This document shows, piece after piece, positions 36,509 through 47,100 of a stretch of DNA of 64,000 nucleotides. Under the pieces are notes generated by a model, which saw only the letters and a program-made list of their open reading frames with translations, did no database searches and was not told the origin of the DNA. Numbering within the stretch: position 1 is the first letter of the stretch; the number at the start of each line of letters is the position of its first letter. The DNA comes from Phyllobates terribilis (taxonomy: Eukaryota): positions 802,466,001 to 802,530,000 of the forward strand of contig NW_027362764.1 in assembly GCF_046119375.1 (NCBI RefSeq). The letters run 5' to 3'. Both the position numbers and the translations under genes were made by a program.

Positions 36509-37675
36509 GGTAAATCACAGCACGTCCGCGGGCTGGAACAGAGCAAAAGACAATGCAAATTAGGACATGCAAAATTGTATTTTTTTTTTCAAAACTTTTC
36601 ACACCATAAAACTGCCAACTGCACACAACTTCCCTTTATGGGAAACATTTTCTCTTTTCACCAACATATAAAACATTCTTTTCTCTTTCCCCATGACGGC
36701 ACCACGGAGAGAGGGGATCCGCCCTTCAAGGACAGGAAACCTACAGATAAAAAGGGCGGCACCTCTCTCCCGCATCAGTTGGTTTCCTGTCCTTGACAGG
36801 GACCTACGGATGGAAGTTCCTGAAAAGGAATGAAGAAAATGAGAACTTACCAGGCCCGGCCAGACCGGTTCAGGCAGCGTGGGTTCCCTGCCTTGGCTGG
36901 TGCGGTGTCCTGTAGCACCACCGCTGGGGTCAGCGGGCCTCTAGGGTGGCAGGGAGACGCGACACAGCAAAGATCTGGATCGCCGCGGTCTTCGGTGGCG
37001 TCGAGGCCCAGGTGGTGAGTATGGCGGGGCTTCCGGGGCTCGGGTTAGTGAGTTGGCCTGAGCCCCGGGTCGGAGGCTTGCCTGGGCTTCGCGCGCCGGA
37101 AGTGACGCGGGGCGAGTGATGCGGGGCGCGCGCCGGTAGTGACGCGGACGCGGGTCCCTCTGGGAGCGGCGCGTTCAAATGCGCGCGGGAAACTGCCCAC
37201 ACGGGGGGGGGTCGCTCCCCTCGCTAATGGCACACAGCGGTGGCCTAGCGGGAGGGGGGGGCACACCTGATAGCCGCAGGTGCCAGGCCAGAAGGGGGGG
37301 CGGACCCCTGTAGAGTTTAAATGGCCAGGGAAGCACAGGGGAAGTGCTTCCTGGCATTCTCTGGCACTCTGCAGCTGTGAGCGAGCAGGAGCCCCAGGAG
37401 GTGCAGTCCCTGCACCCCCACTCACCATCGCCTCAGAGGAAGCGTATGAAAGGATCCTCCAGCGGCCCTTCACGGCAAGGTGACGGAGGAAGCGGGCGTT
37501 CTGGCAGGTCTTCACAACGTGGCAAAGACTCCAGCGCGGCGTCAGCCTCGATGAAGGACCCAGCTACTGGAACGGGTTCCTCTTCAAATCCGGTATTCCC
37601 TCTTACTACGGGTCGGTAAGTGATCTTCGTGAAAGCTCACTTGTAACTTAAGACCCCCCTCTCTTTTCCTCTCAG

Positions 37676-38910
37676 GGAAGGAAGAGTACGGGCAAGTCCA
37701 AGTACAGGGCCTGCGCGCTTTGCGCAGCGGATCTGCCCACTGCATGGCAAAAGAGACTGTGCAACTCATGCATCGAGCAAACTATCTGTGAGGAGACCCC
37801 TAAGTTTGCCTCCGAACTCAGATCCCTGATTAAATCTCAGGTGGAGGACACCTTTAAGTCCCTGCAGAAGGGGGAGAAAAAACAAGGGAAAACTAGACAC
37901 CTATCCCCGGTGCCGGAGTCCAGTGGTTCAGACGAGGAGGGAGTAGTCTCCGATTCATCGTCTTCGTCGTCTTCAGGGGACGGGGGTCGTAGCTGTTTCC
38001 CTATAGATGGAACAGATACCTTGATTAAGGCGGTTAGGTCTACTATGGGGTTCGTGGATCCTCACCCTAAAAAGTCTATCCAGGACATAATGTTTAGTGG
38101 CCTAGGACAGAAGAAAAAGAGATCCTTCCCTCTTAATGATCAAGTACAATCTCTGATTAAGAGGGAATGGAGAAAACCAGAGAGGAAAGGGTTGTTGTCA
38201 CCGAAAAGGAAATACCCCTTTGAGGACCCTGTGTGCTCCTTCTTGGGGAAGGCGCCTAAAATTGACGTCGCGATAGCCAAGGCCTCTAGAAAGTTTTCCC
38301 TGCCATTTGAGGACATGGGGGTGCTTAAAGACCCTATGGATAAGAAAGCTGACTCCTTTTTGAAAGGAGCTTGGGAGGCGGCAGGAGGGGGGGGTTAAAA
38401 CCCGCGGTGGCAGCCACATGCACGGCCAGATCTTTGATGGTCTGGCTAGACCAACTAGAAGCGCAGTTGAAGGATAAAGCCTCAAGGGATGATATAATAG
38501 ACTCCATCCCAGTGATGAAGGGCGCAGCGGCTTTTCTGGCTGACGCCTCAGCCGACTCTGTCAGGCTGGCAGCTAGGGCTGGGAGTTTTTCAAACGCAGC
38601 TAGGCGGGCCCTCTGGCTCAAATGCTGGCCAGGTGACCTCCAAACGAAGTCTAGGCTGTGCTCCATCCTGTGTGAGGAAGAATTCTTATTCGGGTCTACT
38701 CTGGATGATATCCTGGACAAGGCCGGGGATAACAAAAAACGCTTCCCGGTCCTCTCTGGTACTTCTTTTAGGAAATCTTTTCGGAGTAGGAAATTCATGC
38801 GAAGGAGACCCCCCAAAGACCAGGACAGGTGGGAGGACAGGAGGCAGAGAAAAGCCAAGGGGTTTATGTTTAACAGGCCCCCTAGTGACAATAGGAAACC
38901 CGCCCAATGA
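37676..38910 (+). pseudogene. DIRS ORF1 (gag-like; CxxC...CxxC finger and LAP2alpha-like region), frameshifted
   Basis: RACALC...LCNSC in frame with ORF 37841-38398; frameshift at the G8 run 38387-38394 into LKPAVAATC...WLKCWPGD. Confidence 0.8.
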
Positions 38911-40972
38911 AAGGCAGCCCCAGGTGGGGGGGAGGCTTCTCCATTTCCTCCCGGCCTGGGAAAAAATATCAAACGTGCGCTGGATTTTAGACCTGATAAA
39001 ATCGGGGCTAAGATTCCAGTTCCTCTCCACTCCCCGTCCAAATTTCAAAGTAACCCCCGTGAGGTCTTCAGGGGTGGAGCAGTTGGCTCTAGAACAAGAG
39101 GTTCTAGGCCTAGTGGACAAGGCAGTCCTTCGGGAAGTCCCAGCTCAGGAGGTAGGCGATGGGTTCTACTCCCCTCTATTCCTCAGGAAGAAACTGGATG
39201 GAACATTCAGGACTATTGTAAATCTAAAGAAATTGAACAGGGTTCTGAAAGTTCATTCGTTCAAGATGGAGTCAATAAAAACATCTGTGAAATTGTTGTT
39301 CTCAGGCTGTTTTATGGCTGTCCTGGATCTGAAGGACGCATATTATCATGTCCCCATACACAGAGACTACCAAAAATTCCTGAGGGTAGCGATACCGATA
39401 AGGGGCACAATAAGGCACTACCAATATACGGCTCTCCCCTTCGGGTTAGCAATAGCCCCAAGAGTCTTCACAAAGGTGGTGGCAGAGGTTATTGCCCATC
39501 TGAGGGAGAGGAACATCCTAATAGTCCCGTACCTGGACGATCTACTTATTATAGGCAACTCGTTCAGCCATTGCAAGGACCATCTAGCAAAAGTCATGGG
39601 TTCCTTGACGAGTTTAGGCTGGCTTCTGAATCTGAAAAAATCCAGGCTGGAACCAGATCAAGTGCAAGAGTACTTGGGTATCCTGTTAGATTCAAGGAGT
39701 CAGGAATGCCGTCTCCCGGCAGAAAAAATCCAAAGCATGATGGCCCGAGTGTCCTACTTGAAGAACCATCCCGATATGACACTGAGGGGAGCAATGTCCC
39801 TCCTAGGCTCCATGACTGCCTGCATCCCGGGGGTCCGCTGGGCTCAGTTGCACACCAGCGGCTTACAATGGGAGATCTTGGGGGCGGAAAGGTCACTAAG
39901 AGGGCACTTAGAAGGTCGGCTGACCTTATGATCAAAAACTTTGCTTTCCCTGACATGGTGGACAGAGGGGGACAATCTAGGCAGAGGCGTCCCATGGACA
40001 ATACCAGTATTATTATTATTATTTATTATTATAGCGCCATTTATTCCATGGCGCTTTACATGTGAAAAAGGGGTATAATACAAGAACAATTACAATAATC
40101 TTGGATACAATGTGACAGCGACTGGTACAGGAGGAGCGAGGACCCTGCCCGCGAGGGCTCACAATCTACGAGTATCTCAGATACTAACGACGGATGCAAG
40201 CCCCAGGGGGTGGGGGGCTCATCTAAACGACCAAGTGGCTCAGGGGGTCTGGTCGAAGGATTTGGAAGGGGTATCCTCCAACATGAAGGAACTTCTGGCG
40301 GTGAAGTATGGCCTCTTAGAATTTCTAGACACGCTAAGAGGGCACCACGTGAGAGTGTTTTCGGATAACAGGGTAGTGGTGGCATACCTAAATCACCAGG
40401 GGGGTACCCGGTCCCATTCTCTTCTACGGGTGTCAAGTTCCATCCTCTGGGTAGCAGAGAACAATCTAGCGTCTCTATCGGCACTCCACATAAAAGGGAC
40501 AGAGAATGTCACGGCAGATTTCCTGAGCAGGACCCAGCTGAGACAGGGCAAGTGGGAGCTGAACCAGCTAGTGTTCGACAAAATCACGAGGGTTTGGGGG
40601 CACCCCTCCATAGACCTATTCGCCAACTGGCAAAACAAAAAAGTGGACACGTTCTGCTCGTTCGACCCCAGGGGGAACCCAGCGGCGCTAGATGCCTTCT
40701 CGATCCCATGGAACCACCAGCTAGCGTATGCCTTTCCTCCGATTACTCTCATTCCGGCAGTTCTGAGGAAGATCAGGAAAGACGAGGCAAACATGATCCT
40801 CATCGCCCCCTTCTGGCCAAGGAGGCCTTGGTTTTCCTGGCTAAGGATAATGTCCACCTCCGACCCCTGGGTCCTTCCGGAAGTTCCGGATCTGCTGTCC
40901 CAGGGACCAGTTCTTCACCCACAGGTAGCAAACCTGCACCTGACAGCTTGGAGTTTGAGAGGGCGCTCTTGA
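38909..40972 (+). pseudogene. DIRS ORF2: RT, RNase H and adenine-methyltransferase-like domain, disrupted
   Basis: VGGRL, LDLKDAY, LPFGL and YLDD motifs; TDAS and DFLSR; IDLFA and YAFPP. In-frame TGA at 39929 and an L2 insertion at 40011. Confidence 0.92.
40011..40170 (-). mobile_element. L2-type LINE/SINE 3'-end fragment inserted in DIRS ORF2
   Basis: Minus-strand TAGATTGTGAGCCCTCGCGGGCAGGG...GGCGCTAT(AAT)n; flanked by AGTAT duplications (40006-40010, 40171-40175); removing it restores GVPWTIPVSQILTTDAS. Confidence 0.85.
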
Positions 40973-41982
40973 GGGATAGAGGGTTCTCCCCCAATTTAAT
41001 CTCCACCTTACTGCAGAGTAGGAAACCCGTAACTACCAAACTCTACGGTAAAACCTGGAGAAGATTTCTTTCTTTCACAGGGTCGGAAGTAGTGGGGGAG
41101 TCCCCCATTACTGCTATCTTGGAGTTTCTTCAAAAGGGGTTGGAGCAGGGGTTGGCCACAAGCACTCTGAAGGTTCAGGTGGCGGAGCTGGGAGCCCTAT
41201 ATAACTGCGACCTGGCTAGGGATAGATGGGTCTCCAGGTTCATCAGGGCATCCCATAGGTCCACGCCCATCCCCTCCCGGAATGCTCTTCCTTGGGACTT
41301 AAATCTTGTGCTTTCGGCTCTGACCAGGTGTCCCTTTGAACCTCTAGCGGATGCGTCTCTTAAAATACTGTCCCTTAAGACGTCCCTTCTAGTAGCCCTC
41401 ACATCGGCACGTCGGATTAGTGACATGCAAGCCTTATCAGCAGGGCCCCCCTTTACGCAAATCCTAGAAGATAGGGTGACACTTAGGACTGACCCAGCGT
41501 ACCTTCCTAAGGTGGGATCCCTCTTCCACAGGTCACAGGAGGTCACCCTCCCTTCCTTTTGCTCAGACCCAAAAAACAAGGGGGAAGAGGCCCTTCACAC
41601 CTTAGACGTCAGGAGGTGCATTATACAATACTTAGAGGCCACACGAGAGTGTAGGAAGGATAGGTCTCTCTTTGTGTGCTTCCAGGGATCTCGGAAGGGA
41701 CGGAAGGCTTCCAAGAGCACCCTGGCAAGGTGGATAAGGGACGCCATCTCCCTGGCTTACTCCTCAAGCGGGGAAACCGTGCCTGCGGGCCTAAAGGCTC
41801 ACTCGACTAGGGCAGTGGCAGCCTCCTGGGCGGAGAAGGCTGGGGCTTCTATCGAACAGATATGTAGAGCGGCGACCTGGTCTTCTCCTTCCACGTTCTT
41901 TAAACACTACCGGCTAGATCTAACCTCGTCTTCAGACCTTACCTTTGGCAGAAGGGTTCTGGAAGCGGTGGTCCCTCCCTAA
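40552..41982 (+). CDS. DIRS ORF3 tyrosine recombinase, open frame (true start probably later; 5' part overlaps ORF2)
   Basis: SARRISD (R), HSTR (H-x-x-R), ATWSS (W) and KHY (Y) catalytic residues all present. Confidence 0.9.
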   Translation: MGAEPASVRQNHEGLGAPLHRPIRQLAKQKSGHVLLVRPQGEPSGARCLLDPMEPPASVCLSSDYSHSGSSEEDQERRGKHDPHRPLLAKEALVFLAKDNVHLRPLGPSGSSGSAVPGTSSSPTGSKPAPDSLEFERALLRDRGFSPNLISTLLQSRKPVTTKLYGKTWRRFLSFTGSEVVGESPITAILEFLQKGLEQGLATSTLKVQVAELGALYNCDLARDRWVSRFIRASHRSTPIPSRNALPWDLNLVLSALTRCPFEPLADASLKILSLKTSLLVALTSARRISDMQALSAGPPFTQILEDRVTLRTDPAYLPKVGSLFHRSQEVTLPSFCSDPKNKGEEALHTLDVRRCIIQYLEATRECRKDRSLFVCFQGSRKGRKASKSTLARWIRDAISLAYSSSGETVPAGLKAHSTRAVAASWAEKAGASIEQICRAATWSSPSTFFKHYRLDLTSSSDLTFGRRVLEAVVPP

Positions 41983-42000
41983 TCTACACTTCTCTGCAAA

Positions 42001-42083
42001 TCTCTCCGTGGTGCCGTCATGGGGACAGAGAAAGACGTAGTTACTTACCGGTAACGGGATTTCTCGGAACCCGTGACGGCACC
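42001..42083 (+). other. DIRS internal complementary region (ICR)
   Basis: Complement of the left ITR start joined through AAA to the complement of the right ITR extension. Confidence 0.88.
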
Positions 42084-42821
42084 CGTACATTCCCTCCCTT
42101 CACACATGGGTCCGCACATTTGTTTGTTGCCTTTGTATAGTCACAGGGTGTGTCTGGCAAGCTCCTTTTTCAAAAAAGCTCTGTAAACCAACTGATGCGG
42201 GAGAGAGGTGCCGCCCTTTTTATCTGTAGGTTTCCTGTCCTTGAAGGGCGGATCCCATCTCTCCATGGTGCCGTCATGGGTTCCGAGAAATCCCGTTACC
42301 GGTCAGTAACTACGTTTTTAGTAGAAAACATATAAAACATCATCAGCAGCATATCAACGGCGAAGTCTCTTGTCAACAGGTCACAGTTCTTTCTGCGACC
42401 AGATGTCCATTCTTCTTAAGGTGCAAACTTGGCAAACTTTTGAACACGAGGGACCCGTTCATAAACCCTCAACGTAGGCCCTGGGCGTGGCTGCAGGGCA
42501 TAGGTGATCCGGCCGTTGGACCACGTCTTCCGCCACGCCAAACGGGTTTTTGTTCTGAGGTCTGTTGTTACAATGTTTATAAAACCAATAGAGGGCACTT
42601 TAGGAAGTGCAACTATTTACATGGATTGGCTGCTCCCAGTCCTCAGCCGGATAGTTCACAGAGGGTTGGCTGCTCCCAGTCCTCAGCCGGATATTACTGA
42701 CCCATTTCCGGGTAACTTTTAGCAAAACAACAGGTAACAGTCCCCAGCCGGGGTGAACTTTTATCAAACTTTTTCTTCTCTTACCCTGACGGGTAACTAT
42801 GTACAGTCAGGCTGTCGCTCA

Positions 42822-44092
42822 TTAGTAGCGATGTCCCCCTTGTGGACGCTCCTCCTCCTCGCCGTACTCTTCAGACCCGTCCGGGTCCTCTGGGTAGTAG
42901 GGTTCAGGGTAGTGTTCTTCCTCTACCCGCTGGACATTGAGGGTGTACCACCCCCGCAGGCCTCGATGTCGGGTGTAGGACACCAAGTCCCCCGGAAACA
43001 GATCGTGTCTCCGGTGACCCTCGGGCAGGTGGCTCTCCACATCCCTCCGGGTAACAAACATGTCAGTGTCTGTGGTGGGGTCCCGGATGAACCCCCACCC
43101 CTTCTCCTGATGGAATTTAACCACGGTCCCGGTAATTTTGGGACCGCGTGCAGCTTGGGGGTTTCGGCGGGTCCGCATTTTCCCCTCCGCGCTCCGGGCC
43201 TGCAGCTGCTCCCTCTTCTGGCGCCGCGTCTCCTCCTCCTTCTCCAGCTGCGCCACCTCCCGGCGACAGAATTCTCGCCTGCGGGCTGCGGCCGCCCGCG
43301 TCTCCTGCAAGAACCCCGTCAGGTCTTCCCCGGTCTGGTCCCACTCAACCTGGACCTCCTCATCTGGGAGCTGGAGGACGGTCGTTGGCTGGGAATCTGG
43401 AGGGAGCGGAGGAAGTGGGGCTAGGGCCTCCGCAGACAGATCCCTCCATTGGCAGGGGTGGACCCATCCGGGCAGCAGGGGGACCGGCTCTCCCTCAGGA
43501 CCGGTAAGCTGGGCGTATAAGTCCGTGCCCAGGGGTGGTAGTATTGGGAGCGGGGGCGCTCTTGGGTGGAAAGCGCCCGGGGGTATCAGGCTTTGCGACC
43601 TGGCTTGGGGCGGGCCGCTCCCGGTTGCACCCGGGGTCAGGGGGCTGTGCTCGCGGCTTGGGGCCTGGGTGCCGGCAGTGGGAGCGGGGGAGGCGCAGCG
43701 ACTCCCGGGACGTCTGGCTCCACGACGGGGTCCAGAGGCAGGTCTGTAGCATCAGGGCTGGTGGCAGGGGTGTCCCCCTTACCTGCTTCCAGGGCTGCGC
43801 TGCTCTCGGCTTCCGGCCTCCGCTCCTCGTCCTCAGGGGCTGGCTCGCTGTCCGGTGCTGGCGGCGTCACTTGCTGCCGGATCGCGACCCACCGGGCCAT
43901 CTCTTTTCTCCATCCCGCTATGGCCTCCCGCTGCGCCTGGACCATCCTCCGGTCCAGATCCTCCAGTGCAGTCCGAAGGGACTCCGGGTCTTCTCCAGGG
44001 AGCTGAGCCATCAGCTCCGTGAGGCTGTACGGGACCACCTCGGCCTGCAGCAGGCCACCCGTCAGGGTGCTGGAGTTGGTGCTGCTCGCCAT
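42822..44092 (-). pseudogene. LTR-element internal ORF, about 423 aa if one frameshift is repaired: helical N-terminus, Pro-rich linker, coiled coil, cold-shock domain (42924-43139), acidic tail
   Basis: KITGTVVKFHQEKGWGFI...DMFVT...LFPGDLVSYT...G.RG...LNV matches the CSD pattern (RNP1 and RNP2). The CSD frame is stop-free up to about 43780 and overlaps the upstream ORF (ATG 44092, stop 43637) in the -1 frame. Confidence 0.82.
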
Positions 44093-44435
44093 CTCTGGGT
44101 GTGGTCTACCGAGACTGATCCAAACCACACCCTGCCCCCCGGTTTTCTTCTCCTTCCGCCCCTGTTGGGGGTGGTCCCGGGGCAACCTGCTGACAATCAC
44201 TCTCAGGGGCAGCCCCCCCCACGTTGATGGACATCTCTACAGCCGCACTCAAGGCTGTTGGGGGTGGGCTCCTTCTTTGGCGCCATTCTGGGACCTGGCC
44301 CACGATGGGAGGTGGCTTCTTGTTGTCTTTTGGCGCGCACATAATGGCGTCCGTTCTGCTGGGGCGGGCACCACATTCAATACAGTAAAACAGTCTCTTT
44401 TCAGGCACGCAGTACCCGGTGATTGCGGACACGAA

Positions 44436-44453
44436 ATCCTGCCGTCTACGCCA
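44436..44453 (-). other. Primer-binding site complementary to the tRNA-Ser 3' end
   Basis: Minus-strand TGGCGTAGACGGCAGGAT versus the tRNA-Ser(AGA/TGA) complement TGGCGTAGTCGGCAGGAT (recalled sequence), 17/18 match, 2 nt from the LTR. Confidence 0.82.
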
Positions 44454-44455
44454 AA

Positions 44456-45669
44456 AGTAGCCGCGCCCCCTGGGCCGTGTGTGTGTGGGGATACCCGGAA
44501 CTGGACCTTTTGTGGATGCTGGGGGTTGTAGTCCTTGCGTGGCGGCTACCCGGTCCGTGCCCAGGGCGGTCAAACCAAATGGCAGTCTATATGCTGAATG
44601 TACGACTACGCCACCCGTGGATTGCGGTCAGAGTAAACCGCCGCTACAGGGCAGACCGCTGAGGCTGGTGTTGTGGGTGCAGCAGAGGGTAGTATAACTC
44701 CCCACGGGAGGAGTATAGCCTCAGGGCAGCGAGTGCGGATGTTGGGGGTGATGGTGCGCGGGAGCAGCAGTAACGACACAGAGTCCTGTAATGCTGTCCA
44801 GGGTATTTACTCACAGTTCTTTATCCATGTTACTCCAGCTGGTCATAACGTCCCACGTCGCACTGTGCTCACCAGGTGAGGGGCTCGGCCTACTCCCAGA
44901 TAACTTTGGAGCGTTTCACAGGACCCCCCTTTGTGTGTCCTTCCTCTGGCCTGTCATACACCGCCAGTGACCTCGCTTCTGTCCGGCTGCCTCGGGCCTT
45001 CTCGGGTAAACGTTGTTGCCGTTTCCCTGACCCTATGTGGTGCCTTCCTAGCGGGTGTAGCGAGGGTCTGCGCCACATAAAATGTCACAGCCTCCGGTTT
45101 CTAGCTGAGGGTCGTTCCCTGCCTCCAGTAGTTTCGGGGACCGGTCTCCCCCTTTGGCCTGACCCCCTACGCAGGTAGATTCGGGCGTGCGGTGGCAACT
45201 CGTCGGTCCGCACCCCTGGGGTCCCTTCGTTCCTTGTTCCTGGAGCCTCCTCCGCTCCTCTTCCTTCCTTCTCCTTCCTCCAGGCTCCGGCCGCTCTCCC
45301 AGACCTGCCTGCGGAGCAGAGCCCATGCAGAGGCCCTTACTCTATCACTTCTTCTCTCTGACTGAACACAGAACTTAGATGGTGCCCACCTTTTATACCT
45401 CCTTCTCAGTGCACCCAGGAACTGCCCTCTCCCTCCTATGCACTACAGGGTCCCCCTTCCTCGGTGTTCCCTCCCCCCTCTCCAGCCTGGGACAGGGACT
45501 GTCACGCTCTGCTTGGAGCATATCGGTCGCCCTGCCCCCCGGAAATGTGGTGTAATGCATGCAGGTGTCGGGGTCCTGATCCACACTCCATCCTTACCTG
45601 GAAGTGAGATATCGCACATCTGGTTGAGATGCAATACCTCTGTAGCGACCGAACCCTCGGGGCGCTATA
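44456..45669 (-). repeat. 5' LTR
   Basis: Direct repeat of 35286-36499 with scattered substitutions; both terminal dinucleotides appear mutated. Confidence 0.92.
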
Positions 45670-45689
45670 CTTCCACTGTCTGTACATAC

Positions 45690-47100
45690 GGTTTGTGTCC
45701 TGAGGAAGAAGTCTGGAAGGACTTGGAAACGCATTGACTAAAGGACCTGAAATAAATAAACCTTTATTTACCCCGTTTGGACCCCATCACCCCCCAGCAG
45801 CCCATAAACTGCTTTTGGCTCCTTTTATTTTCTCTTTCCTGGTCGGAAGAGCCGAGGATCTGCAGTCGCTGTTTTCATGGGTATTCATGGTTTTGTGTCA
45901 CACAACCTTATCGGGTCGGCAGATCCTTTATCCGCAGAATTGTTATTCCCAGATAAGATCCTATTTGCGCTTTTTTTGCTCCTAGTTTCTCCTATGTTAC
46001 ATTGACCTTCCTCTTAGGCTCCGCTGGGATTGTGACCTCGGCCTCCTCGTCCTCAGGTCACACTCCTCATATAACTCATTGTGTTATTTTCCAAGATCTA
46101 AAGGAATAGTTTTGCCAACTTCACTTTCTTGTAAGGAGATTAATATCTTTGACCCCCCAAAAAATGGATAATTAGTTGCACTTACACAGGATGATCGCCA
46201 GTAAGTAGATTCTCTCCCCCGGTACGTGGACGACAAGGAGATAATCCGGTAATGTTCTGTCTGCCCCAATGTTCGCCCTGGTTCTGTCCTAAAAGAGGTG
46301 CTGAGGATCCCAGAGCTGGTAAATGTGCTGAGAGCAAGGTTCCTTGTGGTCGGGTGGGTGTTTTTATCCTTGTGGTTTCCCCCCTTGTGTTCGGGTTTGT
46401 GTTTTTGTAGAACGATTGTCCAGCCATCTTTTGCATCGCCTCCCCCACTTGTCTTGGGATTTCTCGTAGTCTCTTGCCTCCTTTTGGGGTGTATCTGTGT
46501 CCGATGATTCAAGATCTGAGGATGACAAGTCAGTGGTGATCGCCTGTCATCAGTCAGTGATCGAAACGCTCTGTTTTCCTTAAACTCTCTGAGATCTCAA
46601 ATAAACTCTTTGTTTCCGATCCGTCAGTGAGTTTTGAAAACGTTCAATTGGGGTCTGCAGTGTTAGCCCCTTATTTTAGAAATCAGTCACTTTTGAATCC
46701 GAAGTTCCTGTTCAATCATTTTGTTTAGTTTTTTGATGTTTTATCCAGTGTATTGTTTTCTTCTGATAATAATTTCACGAATCTGAGTGAAGATGCCACT
46801 GATTCCTTTTCCCAGTGTTGTATTAATTGTGGGGTTCTTGATCTACAATCTGGTCTGATGTTGATCTTAAGTCTCTGAGGGACAATATTATGCTTATTCT
46901 GATTTCCAATGACTCTACCGAGTCTACAGGTGACTAGGGGGGTGAGAAAACAGGGCTGGAGGCAAGGAACGTTAGTGTTTTGGGCAGTAGGGGGTTGAGT
47001 ACCCCAACAATCCAGTGGAGGAGATGTCACCAGTCTGATAGTTCCCGCCTCAGCAGCATTTGGGTTGGTCTTCTTTGTGGGGGATGAGCAGATCGTGAAA
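45690..47100. mobile_element. Degenerate Penelope-like element remnant (terminal-repeat piece plus minus-strand ORF N-terminus)
   Basis: IVPQRLKINIRP...QHWEKES...LRFVKLL and VKDINLLTRK remnants resemble PLE ORF N-termini from memory; hammerhead-like core at 45700. Confidence 0.5.

Larger units (their letters stand above)
36677..42318 (+). mobile_element. DIRS1-type tyrosine-recombinase retrotransposon, near full length
   Basis: Inverted terminal repeats (about 36680-36785 and 42185-42280, plus a right extension to 42318), ICR at 42001-42083, three overlapping ORFs, T-run junctions without TSD. Confidence 0.95.
35286..45669 (-). mobile_element. Non-autonomous LTR retroelement (Gypsy-like structure) carrying a cold-shock-domain ORF, with a nested DIRS
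   Basis: Two 1.2-kb direct repeats, CTTC TSD (35282-35285 and 45670-45673), tRNA-Ser PBS and PPT on the minus strand, no pol motifs outside the DIRS. Confidence 0.9.

Noticed and set aside
36663-36676. AACATATAAAACAT on both sides of the DIRS as a TSD
   Set aside because: The right copy is offset about 9 nt from the element end and DIRS elements do not make TSDs. It is more likely a pre-existing short repeat.
40590-40960. Adenine-methyltransferase-like domain in a retroelement as a novelty
   Set aside because: It is a known component of DIRS1-type ORF2.
43535-44227. GC-rich plus-strand ORFs antisense to the CSD ORF and to NAPRT exons
   Set aside because: Shadow ORFs of GC-rich coding sequence with no recognisable motifs.
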